Below are positions 1-13,100 of a stretch of 64,000 bases of DNA, piece by piece. The translations under genes were made by a program, and so were the position numbers. The notes below the pieces were generated by a model, which saw only the letters and a list, made by a program, of their open reading frames with translations, ran no database searches and was not told the origin of the DNA. The stretch is from positions 4,650,001 through 4,714,000 of the forward strand of contig OZ116711.1 of the NCBI GenBank assembly GCA_964199315.1, written 5' to 3'. This DNA comes from Orbicella franksi. Taxonomy: Eukaryota. Positions within the stretch are counted from its first letter, which is position 1. Every line of letters begins with the position of its first letter.

Positions 1-526
1 TTTAACAACGTTTTCAAAAATTTCAACTTGGAAGAAATTAAAACTCAACCACCAACGCAGGAAAGTGCTTTTTTGTAGCTTTCATTTTCATGGTCACACT
101 TAAGCATTTTATTCACAGGCACAGACTTTTTGTTGATGGTATGTTTTTGAATGCAGTACTTGTTCAAATTTTCTAACCCTTGGCAGTTGGGATTCCTCGA
201 GTTTTGACACTTGGCAAAAATATTGCTGCAACACGAAATCATTTTTCAAGATCGAGAAACTCTAAATTGGAGTCACTGATCTACAAGCTTGTACAAATTC
301 AGCAAATAACAGTTATAACTTTTTTAAGTTTATCATTATAGTTTTACGATGATTTGAAGTGTTTACCTACTCCTATACTTTTGATTCTTACTCTAATATA
401 AAGTACTCTTCTTAGTTACAAGAACATGTTTGATCTTTAAACTGAGTCAATATGTCATGCATAAAGTAGTTAGTATTGACCAATATTGCGTGAAGTCTTT
501 TATATACAATTATTTCTCCATTTCAG

Positions 527-3500
527 GACAAAGCCCTCCTGTGTTGTCCAGTCCAAATCAATCTCCCTCAAGTGTGTCAAGCGTAACAAGAAGACAACAG
601 TCATTATCATCTCCAGGAGCAGTTCATCTTTGGTCTGAGAAAACTGGTAAGATGTATTAATTTTCACACTCTAAGATCCTGTACTGCGATCAGGATAAAC
701 GTTTTCTTGCTTGAATGTGACCAGGAACTTCCTTTATGCAAGTTGTTCTGTTTATAAACTTAAAGTAATTAGCTTGTGGCCAGGACCATTACTCAGTGTC
801 TGCCAAGGAGAAGTGAAACCGTATAGGAACTTGGGAATTGTGTGTTTTGTCGTCAGGTCTGCATTTGTGGAGGTAGACTTTTGTTCCTCTTCCTCGCATT
901 ATTGGGACTCAGTTTTGACTCACTGAGTGCCAAAAGAGATTTTTCGCAGAGAGTTTTTCGCTTTCTGAGCTCAGCTTTCACATCTCGACTCGTGGACAAG
1001 TCCTGAGTAGATTTGAACCTTGGACGACATCTTATGATTTTACACGTTTCATAATGTTGGGATTTAACTATCTTGTATTGCTCTCTTAGATAGCGCACTG
1101 AAAATGCCGTCTCCATTGAAGCCTAGACAAGACAACAGTTTAATCAGCCGTGTTAGAAACAAAACGATCGACAAGGTACAAACTGAATTAATACACATAA
1201 AGCAAAAATAAGATATTTATATTCTTATGACAGTAGGGTCCCAGATAGTGATATAACTTTCTCAAACTCATTAATAATTCATCAAGTTTAAACAAGGGAG
1301 ATCATGACCGTGACGGTGTTTGGATATCTGATCTTAATTAGCATAGATTTTTACGATTTACTTCTCCGTTTTCTTCCCAGTTCAAGTTTTGGTTTAGAAG
1401 ACATATCAAACACTCAAGACAGTGTTTGACCACACTTCCAAACACATCGAGGTTCGTCAAAAATACTCCGCTGCGCGTCGTATTTTCAATTCTCTTCTCG
1501 GTGTTTGGAAATGTGGTCAAACATGGTCTTTCGTGTTTGATATGTTACTTCAACACCGCTGGGTATCAAAAATTCATGTAGTGTTTGTGAGCGTAGTTTT
1601 AGGCTCTTCAATATTCTACCAAGAGTAGATGACATTATCCCATCCTTCCTTTCTTTTTCTGTTTTTTCATATGAGGTGGATGATTTGGCTTGGAGGCTAA
1701 ACCAAGTTCCGCACAACGTAAGTTCTTGATAGAAGTCGTTTTAGTTCTCAAATTATTCAGTGTGGTGAAAATGTTTTTGTTAATTTAGATTAAACCAATA
1801 TCTGTGACAAAGTTTTTTTCATTACTCATCTGTTTTTTTGTCCAACTCTTGTGTCTGGTTCATTTAGATTGCTCGTAGATTAAAGCAAAGACCTATCATT
1901 GGGTTTCTGTTTGATGAGGTAAGGTTAATGAAGGATTATATCTCTTAAAGGAGCTCAATCACGGTATTTTGAGTTATTTTGGCCACGTACAAAAGTACCT
2001 GTAGATTGAAGGAAACCTGAAAATAATAGTTTTCTTAGATAGAAAAACACCAAAGAGATAGTAATAAACCATAAAGAAACAAAGATGGTTGAGGATGTAG
2101 AAGATTAACACGGATTACAAAAGACGAACTTGAAAAAATTTGGCTAAACTTTTCAAGATGCGCAAACCGTGAACTCTCTATATCAGTCCCTCCAAGCTCC
2201 TGAACGTTTGTACAAGAGAGGCCTGGACATCTGTGTAATCTGGTACCCAGATCTTCTCATTCTTCGGAAATACCTGGGTACGAGTATTAGCTCCCGGCCA
2301 CAGCAATGCGTTTTCGTTTGAAAACGCATACTGTTTGATGTGTTGTCGCCCATCGTCCACTCTAAAACGACCGAAAACGCTGATGACGACGGAGGCTGTC
2401 GAAAACGGTTTCGAAAGTGGAGTGTTATAAAAATGTATTGTTTTGGAAACACCCCGTCTTTAGTGCGGACAGTTGAAAACGGAGGTTTTTGAAAACGGTG
2501 ACGAAAACAGCGCTATCTACTGTCGCATCCATCAGGGTGTTCGGGCGTCTTAGTGTGGACGATAGGCGGAAACGCATCAAAAAGTATACGTTTTCGAATG
2601 AAAACTAATTAGTGTGGACAGGTGAAAACCAAACGAAAACGCTAGTGTGGACGAAGATGTTTTACTTCGTTTTCTTCGAAATGAAAACAGAGACTTTTGA
2701 AAGCGCATTAGAGTGATCGGAGCCTTACACACATTTAGACACAAATGTTCATGCTGACAAAGTATTTGAGATGACCACCTTGTGTTGGGGTTATTTGCTT
2801 TTCAGATCCCAGAAGCACGAACTCAAGCTATTTTTACTGACTGTCAGCTTCACATCTGGGCTGTAGAAGGTAGGTAAGAATGCCTTTCGAAATAAAAGCT
2901 TCTTCGGAGGTTTCTTCTAATATCGCAGTTAAATCGTAACCGGTTATCGCTGGAGTGGCTAGTTTTTAACAACAAGGGACTTGTTATTTGAAAATGTGAA
3001 CCACCTCTTGTTACTTGTTTTCTTTACTAATGCTCTTTATGTTGTCCCGTTTCCTTTTTAGTTCTCTCCAGACTTGTTGCATGGTCGTACACGGAAGACA
3101 CATTTGGTGTGGTGCAAAAGGTATTTCATTTTTTACTGCATCGATATAAAACTGAATTGGGCATTCCAGGTTTTTCGGTAGAGCGGCAGATTGCCTAATT
3201 ACCTTTTAGGTAATTAATATTTAAGCGATTCCACTCGCTTACAAGCACACAACTGCTGCACACAAGGTTGTTTATAAACTGTAAACCTCCAAACGATTTT
3301 ACAGCGGATTACCGTTAAAGTTAGGTGGGGCGAAAGATTGTCTTTTCACGGTATATGTGAGCAATGTTTTTTAATGCACAAACCTTTTTTTTTTCACATT
3401 TGTTTTCCTTGTGTTCTTAATCCAGATCGCCTTTTCTTTTTTTCATTTTCAGAGCCTCCCAAAAATCTTTGTCTCACTCTTAAATTTACTGCAGGTGGGA

Positions 3501-4927
3501 TATTCAACACTGCTTTTACTATCTGAGTTGACTTGTTGCTTTGCTTCACATTCAAGCACTACCGAAATAGAAGACGCCGATGGTAGCCATTGTCTTTGAA
3601 AAGAAATTGTAACAAAATAACGCGGAAGTAATTTTGCAAACACATTATGCTTAGGCAATGCACAACGGAATCAATTCGTTATTTCTCTTACGGGACAACC
3701 CATGCACGTACCAATGGTTGCGGATTTATTCTTGGAGTTTTGATCAAATCATTACGCCGTGAGCGGTTCTCAGTTGAGTGTCGAAAGTAATCAGGCAATT
3801 ACTTTGTTTTTGGTGTCGGGTTTGGTTTTACTACCGTTTGAGATTGGCTGAGTAGTCTAATTGGTAAATAATTGGTTTGGTTTTACGACGCAGTTGAAAA
3901 CCGCCATAAACTGAAGAAATAACGTGTTTTTTGATTGGCTCTCTTGTGTTTCTAATCATGCTTTTGTGACAGGCATTTCTAAAACTGGTTTAATAAACCT
4001 GTTATTGCTTGTTTTGTATTCAGGCTTTGGACCAGCATTCCAAGCTTTCCTTGGCATTAACATCAAAACCAGAAATCCAAGCCAGGCCCCGTCAGCCCCA
4101 GGGCTATCAGCTGAGAACAAGTACGTGATACTTACCTTTTTCACAACATATATGCTCTGTTTTTGTTTTTTATTTCTCTAACTTACACTAAACCTGTATT
4201 TTTTTACGCTTTCCAGCACTCGTGTCCTCGATTTACAGAATAACCAACATTTTCCACGAACATTTACGGTAAGTTGCTAGTCTTTTATTGACATAATAGT
4301 GGACTTGAATTCGTGTGACTTTCGAGAAACGAACATTAAATTTGTTTCCTTGTAACTTAAAGTTGTAAACTTGTGCAAAGTGGCATTTCTATAGTGTTTT
4401 TCAAGAATTTTGCATAGCGCTTTTTTTTTTCATTTTTATTGGTATGGTCGTCACCAGATTAGAAAGAAATCGTGCCTTAAAGGAGCGTCAGTCACAGTAT
4501 TTTGAGTTTTTTTGGCCATGTATAAAATTACCTTACATTGAAGAAAACCTGAAAATAATAGTTTACAAAGATAGAAAAACACCAAAGAGCTAATACTAAA
4601 CCATAAAGAAACAAGGATGGTTAAGAATGGAGAAGATTGACACGGATTACGAACGAAGAACTTGAAAAATCGAGGCTACACTTTTCAAAATGCGCAAACC
4701 GTGACGAAACTCCTTTAACTAGCAGATTTTGTCTTGATGTATTATGAAATTCTCATACATCGCATTAAAAAGAAATGTATGTGAATCGGTAAGGAGAATT
4801 GATATTTCCAGCTTGGGATCGCAAGGATTGACATTTCTCTTGCTGTGTTGTTGTTTTTCACAGGAATATTCCGATGGCCGTGGAACATGAAAAGAAGCTT
4901 GAATCGTTTTTGAAATTCAGAGAGTAG
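527..4927 (+). CDS. NDC1: Nucleoporin NDC1 (TMEM48), 3' part; gene begins upstream of the first exon I can place
   Basis: Phase-consistent GT-AG exons 527-646, 1090-1175, 1868-1918, 2806-2869, 3062-3120, 3453-3494, 4024-4120, 4217-4268, 4864-4927 (TAG). Spliced C-terminus ...PIIGFLFDEIPEARTQAIFTDCQLHIWAVEVLSRLVAWSYTEDTFGVVQKSLPKIFVSLLNLLQALDQH...SSIYRITNIFHEHLRNIPMAVEHEKKLESFLKFRE* matches the recalled human NDC1 tail ([33 protein letters not shown]...AIYRITTTFGEHL...EHQKRLQQFLEFKE). Confidence 0.92.
1945..2175 (+). mobile_element. Non-autonomous Kolobok-type MITE, copy 1 (NDC1 intron; right end degraded)
   Basis: Begins TTAA|AGGAG; interior clearly homologous to the complete copy at 4481-4714. 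Confidence 0.6.
2287..2727. mobile_element. PIF/Harbinger-like MITE
   Basis: Degenerate TIRs (ttagctcccggccacagcaatgcgttttc ... gcattagagtgatcggagcctta) with internal repeated gtccac/gtggac and gaaaacg motifs; related to 10413-10768. Superfamily is inferred. Confidence 0.5.
3761..3904. mobile_element. Short MITE, (TA)GAGCGGTTTTCA-TIR family
   Basis: gagcggttctcagttgagtgtcg ... cgacgcagttgaaaaccgc; same TIRs as 30497-30770 and 36139-36285. Confidence 0.6.
4481..4714 (+). mobile_element. Complete 234-bp non-autonomous Kolobok-type MITE, copy 2
   Basis: TTAA at 4477-4480 and 4715-4718 flank AGGAG...CTCCT termini. A TTAA target with purine-purine ends is the Kolobok signature (piggyBac ends are pyrimidines). 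Confidence 0.7.
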
Positions 4928-5683
4928 GCGACGAAAAATCAAAGTTTACTTCTGGCAAAAAAAAAAACCTTTCAAAGAAATGATAAACTACCTGTAAAAA
5001 AAGTAGAGTATATGATGATGCCGTTGACCTCATTCAGTTTGCGTTGAAAATATGTTCTTTTGTAGCTGACCTTGATAAACAACAATGTATTGTTTTAGAA
5101 CTAGGGCGTAGGGACGTTTGTCGGACCTTTTCGGGACCCTTTCGTTAGGGCGACAGTGTGACGCAAGCGTGCGAGTGTTGACGTGGTATTTTGATTGGTT
5201 AATGTAAAAAGTCGGAAAATCTTCGTGTGTTTCTCCAAAAATTCGCGAAGAACAACCTTTGTTTACCCAGTCTGGATTTTTCACCAAAATCTGAAGTTCA
5301 ATTTCAGCGAACGGGTTTCACAAAGCAATTTCATATGAAGAAAAAGGCAGAAATAGAATTACGTCTTACTTTAACTAAAATTGTTTGGATAGGAAGCGTT
5401 ACTGTTTGTATAGTTAAAGAATCGTGAGTTCCTTAGCTTGGGGAGTTGAAAAATGTAAGTTCAATAAATTAGATTTACATGAAAAATGTCTAAGGAATGA
5501 TTTCATTATGTAATTAAAATTGACGTATAGAATTCTTTTTCAATTAGACGCAATTACCATTAACCAATGATCCTAATTAGCTAAACAATTAATATATGCA
5601 ACAGAACTTAATGGGAAATTAAGTTTGGAGCAAAGCTAACGAGAGGTAACGTGCCTTTAAGCAAAGGTTCGAAACTTTTCAAA

Positions 5684-8405
5684 ATGGCGTTTGTTACGAT
5701 TTCAAGCTGGACTAAAAAATGTCCAAAGGGTTGTTTTTTGACAGCTCTCGGTGTTGGGAGCGCGGCGCTTGCCGTGGCTGTCGCGTACAAGGCTGTACAG
5801 GCGCGGGGCAAGTCTTCGGAGTTTGATGACCGCGGTTTCCCCGCAATGGCTGACTATCCCGATCTTCGCCACCATAACAATCTCATGGCGAAGCATCTGA
5901 CCCCCCGGCTTTACAGCAAACTTCGCGATAAAGTCACCGCAAGCGGTTTTACATTGGATGCGGCTATTCAAACCGGAGTCGACAATCCAGGACATCCGTT
6001 TATCCTTACTGTGGGAGCCGTCGCCGGAGATGAAGAATCGTACGATACTTTCGCGGAGCTTTTTGATCCCATCATCGAGGAGCGACACAACGGCTTCAAA
6101 AAAACGGACCTGCACAAAACTGACCTGGACTCATCCAAGATCCGTGGCGGGAAATTTGACGAACGTTACGTGTTGTCCTCGCGCGTGCGCACGGGACGAT
6201 CGATTCGCGGGTTCAGCTTGCCGCCTCACTGCTCACGCGCAGAACGAAGAGCGGTAGAGAACATCGTGTGCGAGGCTTTAGATGGACTCAAAGGTGAGTC
6301 TCCTTAAAAAGACTAAGAACTCTGTTGGATGCAAAATGGTTTTCAAAATGAGTAAAACCGAATAATAACCGGGTGAAAAGAAAGAAAAATGCAAAAGAAG
6401 TTGTAGGAAACTGTAGATTACGACCGATGGTCAAAATTGTACAGGATTGAAAGAGATTGCAAATATCATAACTTTTGTCGATAGGACTTGAAGTTCAAGC
6501 GATGTTTGGTGAGAAACTGGTCCGCCTCGTTTGAGGTGAAAAGAAAGTCTCTTCGTTTTGTGACTAAGATTTCAGCATGAGTGCGAACTTTCCCAAGATA
6601 AAATAACTTTATCCAGTGTTTAAGGCCTTCTAAACGAATTTGATTTGAAACCGGCCCAAGACCCAATTTTTCACGGTCTCTCATTACTAATGGCGGTAAA
6701 ACAATCACTAATTAATTATTAACGGCTCGAACGCGCGCTTTTATTGGTTGAAAGCCATAAACAGAAAATCAAAAAAAAAAATAACTGTAAGGACAAAAAT
6801 TGCGTACAGCTTTTTTCACGTGTCAACTCATTCACGGCAGTTTGAGCTACTCTGACCACGTGCAAAATTACCTTTAAATTGAAAGTAACCTGAAAATAAT
6901 AGTTTACTAAGATATAAAAACACCAAAGAAATAATAATAAACCATAAAGGAACAAGGATGGTCAAGGATGTAGAAGATTGAAACGAATTACAAACGACGA
7001 ACTTGAAAAATTTAGGTTAAACTTAACGTAGCTCCTTTAATCTGGTTATGTTCGAATGCCTGTGTTTCCTTCTTAAATATAAACAGTATAAAAAAGAAAG
7101 TGATGTTGAGTTGCCGGGATAACCCCACGATTCTTTTCAAAAACGTTCAGGTAACCTGTCTGGGAACTACTATCCGCTGAACGGCATGACCGCAGCCGAA
7201 CAACAGCAGTTGATCGACGATCACTTCCTGTTTGACAAACCAGTCTCCCCGCTTCTCACGTGCGCTGGCATGGCACGTGACTGGCCTGACGCGCGTGGAA
7301 TCTATCATAACAACGACAAAAACTTCCTTGTTTGGATCAACGAGGAGGATCACACGCGCGTCATCTCCATGGAGAAGGGAGGTGACATGAGGGCAGTGTT
7401 CGATCGCTTCTGTAAAGGTCTCAATGAAGTGGAGAGACTTATTAAGCGTAAGGGACATGAGTACATGTGGAATCAGCATCTGGGATATATTCTCACTTGT
7501 CCTTCTAATCTTGGGACAGGCCTTAGGGCTGGAGTGCACGTGAAGCTACCCAACCTGGCCAAGGTAAGAAAACTGCGAATGCCCCCTCCCCTCTACCTCT
7601 ACCTCCCCAATGGGAAGGAAATTGCTATATGAGCAGATTTCAAGTTTCAGATACATACTATTTTAGACTTCAAGCTGTTTCTTTTTTCGCTCAAAAATCG
7701 TCGAGTGAAAAGCGTTCGTACAACTATAGAGTCGCAACTTTCTTACCGAAATATTCAGTTAGTCTGGTTACAGATTCTCTCTGTCGTTGTAAGGTATTTT
7801 ACAAGAATAGAACCCCTCCTTTCTTCCCGACCCCTATACTCTATCCTTAATTATCTCTCTCTACAAGCTATTAAATTATAGACGTGGAATAACTGTTAAT
7901 TATAGCTGTGGATTACACTACCACAAGTTGGCAAATTGCCTTTGTTGAGAATAAAAAGTAGCGTTACAAAAGCTTTCAAAAAAACGTTTTTAAACAATGT
8001 ATTGCGGAAATGAAACTCGGTACTGTCTGTCGTGGGACTGGTTCAGTTAATTCTATACATAAAACTGAGCATCTTTTTTTCTCCTTCAGGATTCAAGATT
8101 TGGCGAAATTCTGGACAAACTGAGATTGCAGAAACGCGGAACTGGTAAGAACTCATGCTTCAGGGCTGTACGTTTTTCATTTATTTTCCATCGCAATCGT
8201 TCTACATGTTTATGTTGCCTTTTTCTTTTCAGGCGGTGTTGACACAGCAGCCGTGGGCAGCACATTTGACATCTCCAATTCTGACCGTCTCGGCTTCTCG
8301 GAGGTGCAACTCGTCCAGAGCGTGATTGACGGCGTCAATCTTCTCATCAACATAGAGAAGAGGCTGGAAAAGAACAAGGCCATCGATGACCTTATCCCCA
8401 AATAA
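5684..8405 (+). CDS. CKMT: Creatine kinase, mitochondrial-type, paralogue 1 (416 aa)
   Basis: Exons 5684-6293, 7151-7563, 8090-8144, 8233-8405 (1251 nt, all GT-AG). Motifs [45 protein letters not shown] and [10 protein letters not shown]; creatine-specifying Ile (HPFI) and Val (GVDT) are present; hydrophobic N-terminal leader. Confidence 0.93.
6830..7040 (+). mobile_element. Kolobok-type MITE, copy 3 (5'-truncated) in CK1 intron 1
   Basis: Interior homologous to 4481-4714; ends CTCCT|TTAA at 7032-7040. Confidence 0.6.
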
Positions 8406-10192
8406 GGAAGTCGTGACGTTTGCTGGGTTTTGCATCTGCTTTCTTGCATCGCTTTCTCGCAGCTGTGCTTTAAACTGCTTTAGAAACTGAGGCTTGTCAA
8501 TAATCATTAATTAATGAAGCAGCGGTCACCATACGCGCGCGTGATTATATATTAGTGACCGCTGTGCAGTTTATCCGTGGCAGGCTTTGCTTGTCTGGCG
8601 GTGGGCCGACTGCAACTTGACAAGCCGCCTGAAGTGATAAAGCAGAAAACATGCTGATGTCTGACAAATGACTGGAATAAAAGAATTTAAAAAATACACC
8701 AAATTGATTCTTTGTGGATATTGCTATCGAATACTACACGGTTCTCAAAGTCATCCTTTCTATTTTATCCCGAAAAGTACTTTACTTGACGGACAAAAAC
8801 ATTTTTACAACATCCTAACCAACAAAACGATGTGATTAATTCACAAATCAGATATCAGAAAATCTCCTAGAGAAAGGACTTTACGCCGGTGTGTTCCCAC
8901 CCCCTACCCTGTCAAGTCTCCTGTTTTGCGCTGGCGTCTAGTTCTCTCACGATTCTATCCGTGTGTTCAATGATGGAATAAAATTCGAAAAATAGAGGCC
9001 TGTGGACAGTGTAGTGCGGCCTTGTCTGTTTAAACGCTTGCCCACATGTGTGATGCATATATACCACTCACAAGCACTGGCAGATCGAGGCCAGGGGGAG
9101 GTTAAGGGGAGGGGCAAGCAAACATGGGTCCTCTCTCGCTCGAAGAATGGAAGGCTTCCTGGACTTTTAGGTCTTAGTTTAGACAAAGGCTGTGCTTTCC
9201 TTTCCCTATACCCAGCACTGCTTATGTACCGTAACGAAAACTTAATTGTTCGCGCCTTTTTGCGTTTGCGCAACGTAGCACAGCAATGTGGCACTCGTAG
9301 AGGTAGAGAGGTAACCCTTTACCCCTATGAATTCTATATGACAAGTGCTTATCCTTGCGCTTGTTTCACACCTATGAATCAGCCGTAAGCGTTCTCTTTG
9401 TCTATGGCAACTAATACTATGCACACCTTTCGTTTTGGTGACGTCTGAGTTGAGTCAATGTAACCCTGCTCTTGGCTCTCGGGCTTTTTTCACACTCGTA
9501 CCCAATCGCTTTTACGGGTCAGATCGGATTGCTTCAAAGAGAAAGCGGTTTGGATCGAGTGGAGCGCGCGGGGAGTTAGGAGACGATCCTTCCCATGACA
9601 CCCAGCGCGTCTTAATCCATCCTGATTTCCAATCTTCTCTCCTCACAAAACACGAAAATAGCGACTGGGTACGAGTCTGGGCTTTTTTGGCCTTTTCAGA
9701 TATGGGAGGGTTACAAAGGTGGTTTTCGAACTGTCACGCCAAAAAAGCCTCTGTCACTGACAAACTTCTACTGACCCTTCCCCAGATGGTCACAATACAT
9801 GAACTACAAAGCAATATTTCACTACGTTGTTCTCACATGAAATCATTTATTTACAACTGGTCCAGCCTTTTTTTTACCTAATGCAATCTGGATGCAAAGA
9901 ACAACGTTTTATAATATAGCTGCACTTGTTGTAAGATAAAAAAACACTCTCTGGCATGGGATCGGAAAGCGTTTAAAAGTGGTTGGAAAACGAGGAAAGA
10001 TCGTTAAAAGTATGTTGTTAGTTACATCGGATATTGCAATATTTAAATGCAGTTTTGCCGTCGTTAAGCAATAAAACTTGCCACGAAAAACTGCAAGGCA
10101 TTTTTGCACTTGACATTCCGTTTGTCGTATTCTGAGGTCCGGTCCTGTTCAAAGTCTTTGAGTTGATATCTTGGAGTCGATAGGCAAACGTT

Positions 10193-13100
10193 TTATTTGT
10201 ATGGCGGGACTAGGTCATTTATTGGTCGATTACTGTCCAGTCTCTTTTCCATCGCTATGAGAAGATTGACACCGTCAATCACTTTCTGGACAAGTTCCAC
10301 TTCGGAGAAACCCAGTCTGTCTAGATTGGAGATATCAAACACATTTCCTTCCGCGGCTGTGTCTACACCTCCTGTTGAGTTAATAGATTGCATTGATAAG
10401 TATTCACCATTTTAACTACGCCGGGGGAATTTAAAATCGCACGTTTCACTCTGGAAACGCATCAAATGTTTTCCGTCCACACTACGCCGGAAAAATTTAA
10501 AAACGTTACAATCACCGGTGGATTTGTGTTTGAGGAATACTCGGTCAGCGAAATCACGTGATTATCGCGATGCCATCGTTTTCGAAAAGCTCCGTTTTTA
10601 AAATGTTTTCCGTCCACACGAAAACGAAAAGCCGCGGTTTTTAAATTCCATCGGTTTGAAAAGCGTTTTCGAAACGGATTGATGTGGACGGTAGGCCTAA
10701 CCGGTACCGTAGAAATCATGTAAAGCTGCGTTTTCAAATTTCTCTGATGTAGTGTGGAGGCTGCCTTAGCTAGAAATTAAGGAATGTTTTTTGTCCCTCA
10801 GACAGGCAGCGAGCGAGGTGCGAAATAAGAGTGAGAGAGAAAATGGTCGTTCGAGAATTGTGGAACGTTTATCATGAAGTCTCAAACAAACAAAGCAATA
10901 AAAAACAAGCAAGTAAGCAAGAAATTACCCGTTCCGCGTTTCTGTAACCGCAACTTTCCTAGAATCTCGTCAAATCGCGGATCCTGAAAATAAACATAGC
11001 ACCTCAGTTAGTCGATAGTGGATGCCCTCTGCTATACTTTTCAGTGACACACATGTGTACATGTATATAAAAAGTGAAAGTGGATAGGAGAATTACTACT
11101 ATTTGTTTGAAATTTTAAATAGAGAGTTAGGACCTTTCCTGAGTGTGGTAATCTAAGATGTACTCCAGCTCTTAAGGACGGTAACATATTTAGAACCTCT
11201 TTTGGGATATTTTTATAACAAAATCGTGGCAACGGCGCTTTTAGCGTCCCTAACAGCTCTGGTTTAGCCAAAACACAGTCTAAATAGGCTTATTGCCGCT
11301 TCCATTCGATTACATAAAATGTAGGGGTAACCACGCGTGCCTGTTTCACCTCGCCAGTAAGTCATACATTTGCGTCTCTCGCATTTGTTTTGCTCGCGCA
11401 CTATGCCATCTGCAGGTATATGCTTACAGCTGGATTTCAGTGTAATCTTTTCCGGACACCAGCCAAGTTCTCACCTGGAAACCGTAAACATTTAGTGTTT
11501 AGCGATATTCTCCTGTTTTGTTGTTCCTGGTTTTCGTACAGATTCATTGAACTTGATTTGGTCACCTCAGAAAAATTTTGCTTTCATTTCAGTGGCGCAC
11601 TTGGCAGCGGTGTTGTTTACGTCAATTCAACCCAAGTGCGCGTGACGTGTAAAGCATGTCTTATGTGGTGCGCAAAACGCGTGCGCACTAACAAAAGAAG
11701 GCACCGTCCTCAAACCAGTTCCTTCCCGCTTTGGAAGGGATTCGTTATTTTCTTACCTTGGCCAGGTTAGGTAGCTTAACGTGCACTCCAGCCCTAAGGC
11801 CTGTTCCAAGATTAGAAGGGCAAGTGAGAATATATCCCAAGTGCTGATTCCACATAAACTCGTGCCCTTGACGTTGAATAAGTCTCTCCACGTCGTAGAG
11901 GCCGCGACAGAAGCGATCAAACACTGCCTTCATGTCTCCGCCCTTCTCCATGGAAATGATGCGCGTGTGGTCCTCCTCGTTGATCCACACGAGGAAGTTT
12001 CTGTCGTGGTTATGCCAGATTCCTCGCGCGTCAGGCCAGTCACGTGCCATGCCGGCGCACGTGAGAAGCGGGGAGACTGGTTTGTCAAACAGGAAGTGAT
12101 CGTCGATCAGCTGCTGTTGCTCTTCCGCTGTCATCTCGCTCAGTGGATAGTAGCGACCAGACAGGTCACCTGGAATTATTTGAAATATTGAGTTTTTCAA
12201 TTGTGCCATGACCACCTAAACTTTGATCATGTTAGGCGGGCGCGCGCACGAGGAATAACAGGTTAGCACGTGCACAGATGACAAGTAGAACTTAATGACA
12301 CTCTGGTCAAGCAAGACGTAATTTTCACCCAGAGATTTTTGAGTTGTCAAAGTCTAGGTTGTTGTCCAGAGCTTAGGACCATTGTGAGTACATCGAGTTC
12401 TTAATTTACTGGCTCGCACGTTTTATGCAACATATTATTCTGTAGCGCGTACTTCCCTTGAAAGTAAAGAGATGAAAGGTCGTATGTTCTGACATTCTTA
12501 GCGATTGTTTGTGATTCTGTAGGTGAGTTTGCAGTTTTCCAAGGTACAAATATGGCGCGCAATTTAATATTTGTCTCAGAATCAGCTTGGAAACATACCT
12601 TTCAGTCCCGCAAGTGCCCTGGTAACAATTTTTTCAATTTTTCTTCTCTCCGCTCTTGAGCAATGCGGCGGTAAACTAAAACGCTTGATGGATCTTCCAG
12701 TTCGCACGCGGGAAGACAGGACATAATTCGCATCAAACTTTCCGCCGCGAATTTTGGACGAATCCAGGTCAGTCTTGTGCAAGTCCGTTTTCTTGAAGCC
12801 ATTATGGCGCTCTTCGATAATCGGATCGAACAATTCTGCAAATGTTTCGTATGTCTCTTCATCACCAGCGACTGCTCCCACAGTGAGGATAAATGGATGT
12901 CCCGGGTTGTCGACTCCGGTCTGAATCGCCTTGTCCAGTGTAAAACCGCTCGCTGTTTTTCTATTTCGCAGTTTAGCGTATAGTCGAGGAGGCAAGTGCT
13001 TCGCCATCAAGTTGTTGTACTGTCGCATGTCTGGATAGTCCGCTATCGGAACGAAACTTGGTTTAGATTCTTCCGAGCGCGCGCAGGAACACCCAGATAA

